NCBI GenBank assembly: GCA_035450765.1
Contig: DAOTNL010000003.1
Span: 1 to 39,538 of the forward strand
Length of the DNA: 39,538 nt
Direction of reading: 5' to 3'
DNA from: Kiritimatiellia bacterium
GTDB taxonomy: Bacteria > Verrucomicrobiota > Kiritimatiellia > CAIQIC01 > Lenti-01
The translations under genes were made by a program, and so were the position numbers. Shown piece after piece: positions 17,913 to 26,831 of this stretch. The notes beneath the pieces are model-generated. The model was given only the letters and a program-made list of their open reading frames with translations, searched no databases and was not told the DNA's origin. How positions within the stretch are numbered: position 1 is the first letter of the stretch; each line of letters opens with the position of its first letter.

Positions 17913-18774
17913 GGTCGCCCTCCTTGACGGTGGCCTTCTGGTAGTCGGGCAGGACTTCGGCGATGGAGACGTCGTCGCGCACGGCGCTGATCTTGATCTT
18001 GCCGACCATGTCGTCGCCGCGGTGGACGATCATTTCGGCGGTGGCCTGGACGCCGTCGTTGGAACCGATGTCGATGACGACGAAGTTCCAGTCCTTGTTG
18101 GCGTAGACGATGGTGCCGGTGGTGCCGGGCTTCATCGTGATTTCCTTGTGCAGTTCCTTGTCGCACTTCTCGAGCTGGACTTCGAGGACGGACTTGTCTT
18201 CTTCGAGCTGGGCGACCTGGTCCTGGAGGCCGGCGATCTGGGCATTCAGCTCGGCGACCTGGGCTTCGAGGGAGGCCTTTTCATCCTCGAGGCCGGCGAT
18301 CAAGTTGCTCTTTTCGAGGAGTTCCTGATCCTTGGCGCGGATGGTTTCGTTGAGCTGGACGATCTGGGTGCGGGCGTCTTCGAGCTGGGCCTTGGTGCTT
18401 TCCAGCTCGGCGCGGGTGTTTTCGAGATCCTGGCGGGTGTTCTCCAGATCGGTCTGGGTGAACTGCCAGCCCTGGAGGACGGCGTTGGCGACCTGGTTGG
18501 CCTTGTTCAGCTCGCTGTCGAGGCGGGGCAGGTCGACCTTGTCGCCGATCTTGAGGTTGTTGGCGTTGAAACCGGACTGGGCCTTGATCTCGTCGGTCAG
18601 GAGCGACTGCGGGCCCTTGAGGGTGGCGACGACGCGGTCGATGCCGCTTTCGAGCTTCTGGGTCCGTTCTTTGATCAGCGTCCGTTTGGGGAAAAGAACG
18701 GCGGCCTGGATCACCAGCGCGGCGATGCTGACCAGCAACACGATGATTACGAGCGGCTTCAACAGTTTAGCCAT
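17899..18774 (-). CDS. Membrane-anchored coiled-coil protein with C-terminal beta-rich domain
   Basis: ORF 17899-18831, with start moved to ATG 18774 (GGAGGAA SD; MAKLLKPLVIIVLLVSIAALVIQAAVLF TM helix). Heptad-rich region LENTRQDLENTRAELESTKAQLEDARTQ... and C-terminal block WNFVVIDIGSNDGV...VGKIKISAV...EGDHVLY. Confidence 0.7.
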   Translation of the reverse strand: MAKLLKPLVIIVLLVSIAALVIQAAVLFPKRTLIKERTQKLESGIDRVVATLKGPQSLLTDEIKAQSGFNANNLKIGDKVDLPRLDSELNKANQVANAVLQGWQFTQTDLENTRQDLENTRAELESTKAQLEDARTQIVQLNETIRAKDQELLEKSNLIAGLEDEKASLEAQVAELNAQIAGLQDQVAQLEEDKSVLEVQLEKCDKELHKEITMKPGTTGTIVYANKDWNFVVIDIGSNDGVQATAEMIVHRGDDMVGKIKISAVRDDVSIAEVLPDYQKATVKEGDHVLY

Positions 18775-18802
18775 GATTTCCTCCAAAACGTTTAGTGCGG
18801 GC

Positions 18803-18831
18803 ATTGTGGGACAAAGGCAGCGGGATGTCAA
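18803..18831 (-). promoter_or_regulatory. Candidate sigma70-type promoter TTGACA-N17-CACAAT for the coiled-coil gene
   Basis: On the minus strand, TTGACA is at 18831-18826 and CACAAT at 18808-18803 with a 17-nt spacer, about 30 nt upstream of ATG 18774. Pattern match only. Confidence 0.35.
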
Positions 18832-18873
18832 ACGCCAAAAGGCAATTCCGACGATCCGCGGGACGCGGATGGG

Positions 18874-20040
18874 TCAGTAGAGGAGGATGTCGGCCCATGC
18901 GCGTCCTTCGGCGGTGAATTGCCAGGTGCCGCCGCTTTGGGCGAAGTAGCGCCGGCCGTTGTTGCCGAGCACGGCGGGATCGACCCGCAGGACGGCCTGG
19001 CGCTGGTTGCCGAGCCGGGCGGTTTCGGCCGCGGTGGCGTTGCGGCCGGCGAGGGGCAGGCCGGATTCGGACAGTTTCAGGAAAAGCGGACCGCCGTCGT
19101 GCGGGGCTCCTTGCCACAGGGCCGGAAAGCGGCGGAAATAGTCCGGCGTTTTGCCGCGCAGCACGACTTCGCAGGCAACGGGCACCGCCGCCAGATGCGC
19201 GGCCATGGTCAGGCCCGGATCGCGGGAGTGGGCGGCATAGAAAACGAGCGGATCGATGGCGAACAGGTTGTGGCCGTGGTAGTTCCCGAAATCGGGGGAG
19301 AGCTTTTCCTCGCGGTGCTTGATCTCGTAGCGGGAGTTCAGCAGCAGGCCGATTTCCCAGTGCAGATGGCTGCGCTCGCGCGGGATGGGCGGCTGGGTGC
19401 TGCTGGTGTTGCCGAGGGTGCCGATTTCGTCGCCGGGCTCGACCGCGTGGCCGGGGCGGATGCCGAAGCGGACGTCGGCGAGGTGGCCATAGAGGGTATA
19501 GACCGTGGCCGGCACGCTGGTGCCGTCGCGTTTCTCGACCTGGCCGAGGGACGGGTCGGGATGCTCGATCACGACGTATTTGCCGTAGGTGGATTTGCCG
19601 CCGACGGTGTTCACGAACGCGACGCGGCCGGCGGCGACGGCAAAGACCGGATCGGTCGCGACACCCTTGCGGTCGCGCTGCGTGGCGGCGATGTCCACGC
19701 CCTCGTGGAACACGGGCACCAACCGTCCACCGCGCAGGCCCGTGCGGGTGGAGCCGAACTTGGCGGATTCCAGCCGGCCCGAGCCGGTGGGTTGCAGGAC
19801 GCCCGGTTCGTCCGGATTCAGAAGATTCTGCTGCGGAGTGGGCGTGGCCAGCCGCTGCCAGACGGGCGGCGGCGGCCGCGGCGGTTCGGGGGCTTCCGCC
19901 GCGACGGGCTCGGGCGCGGCCGGCAGGCGGCAACCGCCTTGGCGGAGGGCCAACCAGCGGAACAAAAAGAAATCCAGCGCCAACAGGGGAACGATCCAGA
20001 CCAGATGGCGCAGAGGGGACTTGCGCGCGGGCATTCGCAT
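18874..20040 (-). CDS. M23 family metallopeptidase with ~150-aa C-terminal extension
   Basis: 388 aa. N-terminal TM helix (LVWIVPLLALDFFLF). HEGVDI (HxxxD) and HLHWE (HxH) catalytic motifs are intact. Confidence 0.85.
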   Translation of the reverse strand: MRMPARKSPLRHLVWIVPLLALDFFLFRWLALRQGGCRLPAAPEPVAAEAPEPPRPPPPVWQRLATPTPQQNLLNPDEPGVLQPTGSGRLESAKFGSTRTGLRGGRLVPVFHEGVDIAATQRDRKGVATDPVFAVAAGRVAFVNTVGGKSTYGKYVVIEHPDPSLGQVEKRDGTSVPATVYTLYGHLADVRFGIRPGHAVEPGDEIGTLGNTSSTQPPIPRERSHLHWEIGLLLNSRYEIKHREEKLSPDFGNYHGHNLFAIDPLVFYAAHSRDPGLTMAAHLAAVPVACEVVLRGKTPDYFRRFPALWQGAPHDGGPLFLKLSESGLPLAGRNATAAETARLGNQRQAVLRVDPAVLGNNGRRYFAQSGGTWQFTAEGRAWADILLY

Positions 20041-20046
20041 GGCCGG

Positions 20047-20613
20047 TCAGACGGCCATGATGTCTTTTTCTTTGGCGGCGACCAGTTCGTCCACCTTCTT
20101 GGAGTAGGAATCGGTGTACTTCTGCACCTCTTCGAGCGCGCGGTCGCGGTCGTCCTGGCTGATGGTCGCGGCTTTTTCGAGGGCCTTGACGGCCTCGTTG
20201 GCGTCGCGGCGGACGGCGCGCAGGGCCACGCGGGCTTCTTCGCCCATGCGGTTGGCCACCTTGGTCAGTTCCTTGCGGCGCTCTTCGCTCAGCTCGGGAA
20301 TCGGCACGCGGATGATGCGGCCGTCGTTGAGCGGGGTCACGCCGATGTTGGCGGCGAGGATGGCTTTTTCGATGGCCGGCAGGGAGGAGGGGTCGTAGGG
20401 CTTGATGACGATGAGGCGCGGCTCGGGCGTGCTGATCAGGGCCATCTGGTTCAGGCGGGTCTGCGCGCCGTAGCAGTCGGCGCTGATGTGGTCCACGAGG
20501 CTGGTGGAGGCCTTGCCGGTGCGCAGGCCGGAGAGGCCTTGCTGCAGGTGGGCAACGGCTTTTTCCATCTTGTCGTCGGCTTCGAGCAGGACGTCGTCGG
20601 CGGATTCGTACAT
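20047..20613 (-). CDS. frr: Ribosome recycling factor
   Basis: 188 aa from ATG 20613 (inside ORF 20047-21282). Contains LSGLRTGKAS, IKPYDPS, PIPELSEERRKEL and the QKYTD tail. Confidence 0.95.
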   Translation of the reverse strand: MYESADDVLLEADDKMEKAVAHLQQGLSGLRTGKASTSLVDHISADCYGAQTRLNQMALISTPEPRLIVIKPYDPSSLPAIEKAILAANIGVTPLNDGRIIRVPIPELSEERRKELTKVANRMGEEARVALRAVRRDANEAVKALEKAATISQDDRDRALEEVQKYTDSYSKKVDELVAAKEKDIMAV

Positions 20614-20636
20614 GGCGGGATCCTTTCGATCGGTTT

Positions 20637-21356
20637 TCAGGCGGTGACCAAGGTGCCGGCTTTTTCGCCGCGCACCACGCGGAGCAGTTCCCCGCGCTTG
20701 AAGAAATCGAACACGAGTATAGGGATTTGGTTGTCCATGCAAAGCGAAAAGGCCGCGGCGTCCATGACCTTCAGCCGCCGCGCGAGCGCATCGGAATAGG
20801 TCAAGCGGTCGAACTTCACGGCCTTGGGGTTCTTCACGGGGTCGGCGTCGTAGATGCCGTCGACCTTGGTGGCCTTGAGGAGGACCTGGGCGCCGATTTC
20901 GGCGGCGCGCAGGGCGGCGGCGCTGTCGGTGGTGAAGAACGGATTGCCGGTGCCGCCGCCGATGACGACGACGGTGCCGGCCTCGAGCAGCTCGAGGGCG
21001 CGGCGGAAGGTGTAGAGCTCGCACAGCGCCGGCATGGCGGTGGCGGAGAGGGCCTTGGCCGGCACGCCGGCGGCCTCGAGGGCGGACTGCAGCGCGAGGC
21101 TGTTGATCATCGTGGCCAGCATACCCATGTTGTCGCCGTGGGCGCGGCCGAAACCGCGGTCCTGGCCTTTCAGGCCGCGGAAGATGTTGCCGCCGCCGAT
21201 GACGACGCCGACCTGCACGCCCAGTTGCCGGACGGCTTTGATCTGCGCGGCCATCGCGGCGAGGATGGCGTCGGAAAGGCACTCGCCCGACGCGGAATCG
21301 CGGAGGACTTCGCCGCTGAGCTTGAGGAGGATCCGACGGTATTTGGCTTTCTTCAT
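20637..21356 (-). CDS. pyrH: UMP kinase
   Basis: 239 aa. ILLKLSGE and VIGGGNIFRG motifs, located directly upstream of frr. Confidence 0.95.
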   Translation of the reverse strand: MKKAKYRRILLKLSGEVLRDSASGECLSDAILAAMAAQIKAVRQLGVQVGVVIGGGNIFRGLKGQDRGFGRAHGDNMGMLATMINSLALQSALEAAGVPAKALSATAMPALCELYTFRRALELLEAGTVVVIGGGTGNPFFTTDSAAALRAAEIGAQVLLKATKVDGIYDADPVKNPKAVKFDRLTYSDALARRLKVMDAAAFSLCMDNQIPILVFDFFKRGELLRVVRGEKAGTLVTA

Positions 21357-21372
21357 GGGGTTGCTCCGGGGG

Positions 21373-21693
21373 TTAGAAATGGTGGCCGGGGATCGAACAG
21401 GTCGGGAGGACGTCCGCGCCGTCGCCGAGGGCGTAGGCGCCGCCGGACGGACAGACGGGGAGGGCGGGCAAATAGTCCGGCACGAGGTCTTCCGGGGCGC
21501 GGGGCGGCGCGCCTTTTTCGGCGGCGTAGTTGCGGCTGGCGACGCGGAGGGCTTCCAGCTGCATGGCGCAGCGGGCCGCGCGCTTCCGCTGGACGTTCTG
21601 CCGGACGGACGGGACGGAGATGGCCGCGACCAGCAGCGCGAAGGCCACCACGATCGTCAGCTCGACGACGCTCATGCCGCGGCGGCCGTTCAT
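21373..21693 (-). CDS. Prepilin-type N-terminal cleavage/methylation domain protein (small pseudopilin-like)
   Basis: ATG 21693 overlaps the upstream stop (ATGA). MNGRRG/MSVVELTIVVAFALLVAAISV has G at -1, E at +5 and a hydrophobic helix. The C-terminus has 4 Cys (VCPSGGAY...PTCSIPGHH). Confidence 0.65.
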   Translation of the reverse strand: MNGRRGMSVVELTIVVAFALLVAAISVPSVRQNVQRKRAARCAMQLEALRVASRNYAAEKGAPPRAPEDLVPDYLPALPVCPSGGAYALGDGADVLPTCSIPGHHF

Positions 21694-22079
21694 GGCCGGT
21701 GTTCCTCGAGGCGGGCGCGGACTTCCGCGGAAATCGGCACCGGCTGGCGGTTCTTGAAATCGTAGTGCACGACGACGGAGTTGCCCTTGGCGCCCAGTTG
21801 GCCGTTCTGCCAGGCTTCCTGGTAGACCGTGAAGGACGTGCGGCCGACCTTGGCGACGTACGTCCGGATCTCGATGTCCGCGCCCAGCAGCATCGGCACG
21901 AGGAAATCCACGTCGATGTGCGCCATGATCAGGTTCCAGTTCTCGAACTTCATCTCCGGATTGAAGAAGCGGAAAAACGGATCGCGGCCCAGCTCGAACC
22001 AGATGGGCAGCCGCGTGTTGTTGATGTGGCGCAGGCCGTCCACGTCGCCGAAGCGGGGAGTGATGGTTTTGGTGAACAT
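21690..22079 (-). CDS. 4HBT-fold thioesterase
   Basis: 129 aa. RFGDVDGLRHINNTRLPIWFE is hot-dog thioesterase-like. Second such gene in the window. Confidence 0.75.
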   Translation of the reverse strand: MFTKTITPRFGDVDGLRHINNTRLPIWFELGRDPFFRFFNPEMKFENWNLIMAHIDVDFLVPMLLGADIEIRTYVAKVGRTSFTVYQEAWQNGQLGAKGNSVVVHYDFKNRQPVPISAEVRARLEEHRP

Positions 22080-22235
22080 GATGGGGCGGGACCTCGGTTG
22101 ATCGGCGCGATTTAACGGAGAACGGGGCGAAGAGTAAAGATGAAAGCGCGCCGGCCGCCGCCGCCGCCCGTAAAAAAGGCTTCACCGGCCGGCGCAATCC
22201 GCTAGAGTGCGCCGGAATCCAAAGGACTTCGCGAC

Positions 22236-23021
22236 ATGCTGACGACCAAACGCTTCGACTACGTGCCGTTCGACCGGGTGCATCTGCACCCCTCGGTGGC
22301 CAACCACCGGCCCCTCAACGAGGCCAAGGTGGCCCATTACGCCGAGGACATCCTCCGCAACGGACTGCTGGAGCCCATCGTGGTCTGGGAACGCAATCCG
22401 GGCGAGTTCTTCCTCGTCGGCGGCTTCCACCGGCACAACGCCATCCGGCGCATCCGGGCCCAGAATCCGGGCTACTTCGACCGGGTGGACGTGCGCGTCG
22501 TCCACGGCGAACTCGACGAGATCCAGGCCCTGAACCTCAAGCTGAACGCCGACCGCCTCGACGCGCGCATCACGGACTACTTCGACGCCGTCATCTTCAT
22601 GGCCAACGCGAACTGGGACGTCCAGCGCATCGCGCGGTTCCTGGACAAGAGCGCGGCGTGGATCGAAGACATCTTGCGCTATGCGCCGGGCATGGATTCC
22701 CGCGTGCGCCGCATGCTCGAAGCCGGCGAGATCAGCTGGGCCAAGGCCAAGGAGGTCTGCAAGGCGGTTCTGGCCGCGCCGGCCGGCCAGGAGCGCGCCG
22801 CCCTCGACGCCGCGCTGGCCCGCCTCCGGACGCCCGCCGAAAAAGCGCCGCGGCTGCTGACCTACCGCGCCGCCGCCAAGCGCCTGAAAGCGCGAAAGGA
22901 ACCCTTCCGGGTCACGGGCGAAGACCTCGCGGCTCTCCTGCAGGTTCTCCGCGGCAAGACCGCGGCGCCGGAAACGGTGGAGCGGGTCCGCGCCGCTTTC
23001 CCGGGCCTGCTGGATTCCTGA
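22236..23021 (+). CDS. ParB/Srx N-terminal domain protein (orphan, no parA)
   Basis: 261 aa. LLEPIVVWERNPGEFFLVGGFHRHNAIRRI resembles the ParB N-domain GxxRxxA box. Helical C-terminal half. Confidence 0.7.
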   Translation: MLTTKRFDYVPFDRVHLHPSVANHRPLNEAKVAHYAEDILRNGLLEPIVVWERNPGEFFLVGGFHRHNAIRRIRAQNPGYFDRVDVRVVHGELDEIQALNLKLNADRLDARITDYFDAVIFMANANWDVQRIARFLDKSAAWIEDILRYAPGMDSRVRRMLEAGEISWAKAKEVCKAVLAAPAGQERAALDAALARLRTPAEKAPRLLTYRAAAKRLKARKEPFRVTGEDLAALLQVLRGKTAAPETVERVRAAFPGLLDS

Positions 23022-23068
23022 CCCTTTTGGCTTGTTTGGCGGGGTGGGGGGGAGTAAGAAAATCCGTC

Positions 23069-23953
23069 ATGAAACTTCCGATCCATTTGCTGGGCGCGGC
23101 GTTGCTGCTCGCGGCCGGCTTCGGCGGCAGCGGCTGCCTGCTGGTGCGCAAGGGGGCCGCCAAAATCGTCACGCCGGTGGCCATGGAACTCTCCGACGGT
23201 TTCATGCGCCAGACCGACGTGGAACTGGTGCGGGAGGGCGCGCCCGCGTTCCTCCTGATGCTCGACGCCCTCGCCGAAGCGCATCCCGAAAAACCGGCCG
23301 TCCTGATCGCCGCCGCGGAAGCGCAAATGGCCTATGCCATGGGATTTCTCGACAAAGCGCAAAAGGAACGCGCGAAGACCATGTTCCTGAAAGCGAAAAC
23401 CTACGGGCTGCGCGCCTTGTCGTTCCGCAACCGCCGATTCGCCCGCGCCCTGGAGGGCGGGTCCTACGAGGATTTCGTCCACGCCTTGGGCCATTTCCGG
23501 AAGAAGGACGCCGACGCCTTGCTGGCGACGGCCACGTCCTGGGTCATGTGGATCATCGCGTCGTCCGATTCGCCCGCGGCGCTGGGCGACATGCCCAAGG
23601 TTCTCGCCATGATGGAGCGGGTCAAGGAACTGGATCCCCGCATCCGCCAAGGCGGCGTGGACCTGTTCTACGGCATCTACTACACGGTGCTGCCGCTCGG
23701 CGGCGGGCGCGATCTCGCCAAGGCCCGGCGGCATTTCGAACGCAGCATCGCCGTCGCCGGTCCCGACTATCTGCTGAACCGCGTGACGTTCGCCGAGTAC
23801 TACGCCCGCTATGCCCTCGACCAGGAGCTGTTCGAGCGCACCTTGCGCAACGTGCTCGCGGCGGATCCGGCCGTGCCGGAATTCACGCTGATGAACGCCG
23901 TGGCCCAGACGCGCGCCCGCGCCTTGCTGGCCCAGATGGACGATCTGTTCTAG
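23069..23953 (+). CDS. tatT: TRAP transporter TatT component (TPR lipoprotein)
   Basis: ATG 23069 within ORF 22658-23953. Signal plus Cys (LLLAAGFGGSGC). All-helical TPR-like body resembling the TatT family. Directly precedes dctP/Q/M. Confidence 0.75.
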   Translation: MKLPIHLLGAALLLAAGFGGSGCLLVRKGAAKIVTPVAMELSDGFMRQTDVELVREGAPAFLLMLDALAEAHPEKPAVLIAAAEAQMAYAMGFLDKAQKERAKTMFLKAKTYGLRALSFRNRRFARALEGGSYEDFVHALGHFRKKDADALLATATSWVMWIIASSDSPAALGDMPKVLAMMERVKELDPRIRQGGVDLFYGIYYTVLPLGGGRDLAKARRHFERSIAVAGPDYLLNRVTFAEYYARYALDQELFERTLRNVLAADPAVPEFTLMNAVAQTRARALLAQMDDLF

Positions 23954-23973
23954 GAAGAAAGGGGCGAGCCCAG

Positions 23974-24972
23974 ATGAAATGCGGTTGGCGGAATTTCCTC
24001 GCGGCGGTTTGCGCGTGCGGCCTTTGGGCCGGCGCCGCCGCCGCCCAGACGACCCTCAAGCTGGCCACCATGGCGCCCGACGGCAGCATCTGGATGCAGG
24101 CGCTGGCCGACGCCAAGGCGGAGATCGAAACGGCCACCGCCGGCGCCGTGAAGGTCAAGATCTATCCCGGCGGCATCATGGGCTCCGAGCAGGACGTGCT
24201 CTTCAAGATCAAAACCGGCCAGCTCCACGGCGGCGGCTTCCTTGGCTACGCCATCAACGTCGTCTGTCCGGACGTCGGCGCCCTGATGTTTCCGATGGTC
24301 TTTCGGAACTACGACGAAGTGGACCGCACGCTTGAAGCGATGCGCCCGTTCCTGGACGGCCGGACGCGGGCCGCCGGATTCGAGGCGCTGGGCTGGACCG
24401 AGGTCGGCTTCAGCTATGCCTACAGCGTGAAACCCATACCCAGCCTGGAAGCCCTGCGGGCCACGAAAGTCTGGGGGTTGGATTCGCCGATGTTGATGGA
24501 ACTGCTGGGGGCCGCGGGCATCGCCAGCATTCCGGTCGACGTCACCGACGTCCTCACGGCGCTGCAGACCGGCCTGCTGGATACCGTGTTCGGTCCGCCG
24601 ACGGCCGCGATCGCGGTGCAGTGGCACACCAAGATCCGCCATGCCAACGCGCTGCGCCTGACCTACGCCCTCGGCGGCGTCTTCCTGTCCTCCGCCGCCT
24701 GGAACGGCTTGCCCGCCGCGCACCGGGAAACCGTCAAGGCCATCTTCGACAAGCATTGCCGGCAGTTGACGCCCAAGGTCCGCCAAAGCGACGTGGAGGC
24801 CTTGGAGTTCATGCGGACCCAGGGCGTCCAGATCGCCGAAACGACGCCCGAAACGCGCGCCGCGTTCGAACAGGTGGCCGCCACCGCGCTCCAAAAGGTG
24901 AAAGGCCGGGATTTTTCGGCTGCGGCCTGGGATCTGCTCCAGCAAACGCTGCGGGAAATTCGGGGACCATGA
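23974..24972 (+). CDS. TRAP transporter substrate-binding protein (DctP family)
   Basis: ATG 23974. Signal peptide MKCGWRNFLAAVCACGLWAGAAAA. LKLATMAPDGSIWMQAL and KVKIYPGG are typical of DctP. Confidence 0.85.
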   Translation: MKCGWRNFLAAVCACGLWAGAAAAQTTLKLATMAPDGSIWMQALADAKAEIETATAGAVKVKIYPGGIMGSEQDVLFKIKTGQLHGGGFLGYAINVVCPDVGALMFPMVFRNYDEVDRTLEAMRPFLDGRTRAAGFEALGWTEVGFSYAYSVKPIPSLEALRATKVWGLDSPMLMELLGAAGIASIPVDVTDVLTALQTGLLDTVFGPPTAAIAVQWHTKIRHANALRLTYALGGVFLSSAAWNGLPAAHRETVKAIFDKHCRQLTPKVRQSDVEALEFMRTQGVQIAETTPETRAAFEQVAATALQKVKGRDFSAAAWDLLQQTLREIRGP

Positions 24973-25508
24973 GCGGTCGCAGCGAAAAGGCGTTCCGCGT
25001 CGTCTGCCGCTGGACCGATCGTCTCGAACGCCTGCTGCTCGCCCTGCTGGTCGCGGGCATGGTGGGGTTGGCCGCGATCCAGATCGTCTTGCGCAACGTG
25101 TGGCACGCGGGCTGGGTCTGGGCGGAGCCGCTGCTGGGCATGGGGCTGCTCTGGTTGACCATGCTGGGCGCATTGGCCGCCGCCGGCCGTGGCCGGCACC
25201 TGTCGATCGATCTGGCCGAGGCGCTCCTGCCGCGCCGGGCCGCGGCCGGCCTGGCCCGGTTCATGGCGCTGTTCGCCGCCGTCGTGTGCGTCCTGCTGGC
25301 CTGGGCCGCCGGCCGCTACGTGGGCTTCCAGCGCGAGTTGGATCCCAGCCGCCTGCTGGGCTGGCCGGTCTGGAAATACCAGCTGATCATCCCCGTGGCG
25401 TTCTGGCTCATGGCGCTGCGGTTCGCCGTGCGCGCCGCCGTGCCCGCGGCGTGGTGGGCGCTTCCGGGCGACGAGGTTCTGCCGGGCGAGGGGAGGGCGG
25501 CCCCATGA
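24969..25508 (+). CDS. TRAP transporter small permease (DctQ family)
   Basis: ATG 24969 overlaps the dctP stop. About four hydrophobic helices. Position between the P and M components. Confidence 0.8.
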   Translation: MSGRSEKAFRVVCRWTDRLERLLLALLVAGMVGLAAIQIVLRNVWHAGWVWAEPLLGMGLLWLTMLGALAAAGRGRHLSIDLAEALLPRRAAAGLARFMALFAAVVCVLLAWAAGRYVGFQRELDPSRLLGWPVWKYQLIIPVAFWLMALRFAVRAAVPAAWWALPGDEVLPGEGRAAP

Positions 25509-26767
25509 TCGGATTCGTGCTGGCCTGCGCCCTGCTGGGGGCGCCGATGTTCGCCGTGTTCGGCGCGCTGGCGATGATTTCCTACCGCGCGGCCGGCATG
25601 GATTTCTCCATCGTCGTGGGCGAACTGACCCGGCTGGCGCGGATGCCCATGCTGCAGGCCCTGCCGATGTTCGCGCTGGCCGGCTACGTCCTGGCCGGCA
25701 GCCGGGCGTCCGAACGGCTGCTGCGCCTGACGCGGGCGGCGTTCGGCTGGATGCCCGGCGGCCTTGCCATGGTCTGCGTCGTCCTGTGCACGTTCCTGAC
25801 CGCGTTCACCGGCGCCTCGGGCGTCACGATCGTGGCGCTGGGCGGCTTGCTGCTGCCGGCGCTGCTCAAGGACGGCTACCGCGAAAAGGCCGCGCTGGGC
25901 CTCGTCACCAGCGGCGGCAACATGGGCGTGCTGTTCGCGCCGAGCCTGCCGCTGATTCTCTACGCCATCATCGCGCAGCCGATCTCGCGGGAGGTCACGA
26001 TCGCCGCGCTGTTCCGCGCCGGGCTGCTGCCGGGGCTGTTGGCGCTGGCGGCGCTGTGCGGCTACGGCATCTGGGCCGGATTCCACGCGAAAATCCCGCG
26101 CCGGCCGTTCGCGGTGCGCGAACTGGTGGCAGCCGCGAAAGAGTCCAAGTGGGAAATTCCGCTGCCGTTCGTGGTGCTGGGCGCCATCTACGGCGGCTGG
26201 CTGGTCGCCAGCGAAGCCGCCGTCCTGACCGCCGCCTACGTGCTGGTCGTCGAAGGATTCGTCTACCGGGAAATGCCCTTGCGCAAACTGACCGGCATCG
26301 TCCGCGACACCGTGGTGCTGGTCGGCGGCGTGCTGCTGATTCTCGGCATGGGCATGGCCATCACGAACTACCTGATCGACCAGGAAGTGCCGCAACTCAT
26401 TCTCGAGTGGGTGGGGGCGCGCATCCGGAATCCGCTGGTCTTCCTGATGGCCCTGAACCTGTTTCTGCTGGTCGTGGGCTGCGTCATGGACATCTATACC
26501 GCCACGATCGTCATCGTGCCGCTGCTGGCGCCGTTGGCGGCCCGGTACGGCATCCACCCGGTGCATCTGGGCGTCATCTTCCTGGCCAATCTGGCCATCG
26601 GCTACAGCACGCCGCCGGTCGGCATGAATCTGTTCATCGCCGCCATGCGGCTCCACAAGCCCCTGATGAAACTGGCAGCCGCCTCCCTGGTCCTCATGGG
26701 ACTCATGCTGGGCATTCTGGTGCTGATCACCTATTGGCCCGCGCTCAGCTTGGCGCTGGTCCGCTAG
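25505..26767 (+). CDS. TRAP transporter large permease (DctM family)
   Basis: ATG 25505 overlaps the dctQ stop. 420-aa polytopic membrane protein with DctM-like TGASGVTIVALG and PPVGMNLF motifs. Confidence 0.9.
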   Translation: MIGFVLACALLGAPMFAVFGALAMISYRAAGMDFSIVVGELTRLARMPMLQALPMFALAGYVLAGSRASERLLRLTRAAFGWMPGGLAMVCVVLCTFLTAFTGASGVTIVALGGLLLPALLKDGYREKAALGLVTSGGNMGVLFAPSLPLILYAIIAQPISREVTIAALFRAGLLPGLLALAALCGYGIWAGFHAKIPRRPFAVRELVAAAKESKWEIPLPFVVLGAIYGGWLVASEAAVLTAAYVLVVEGFVYREMPLRKLTGIVRDTVVLVGGVLLILGMGMAITNYLIDQEVPQLILEWVGARIRNPLVFLMALNLFLLVVGCVMDIYTATIVIVPLLAPLAARYGIHPVHLGVIFLANLAIGYSTPPVGMNLFIAAMRLHKPLMKLAAASLVLMGLMLGILVLITYWPALSLALVR

Positions 26768-26801
26768 GTCGGCCGAAGAAGAGATCAAGGGGGGCGGAGC
26801 A

Positions 26802-26831
26802 GGGCAGGGGGAGGGTGGCGCCCCCCTGCCC
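26802..26831 (+). terminator. GC-rich hairpin after dctM (GGGCAGGGGG-N10-CCCCCTGCCC), no U-tract
   Basis: Perfect 10-bp inverted repeat 35 nt after the stop at 26767. Confidence 0.35.
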
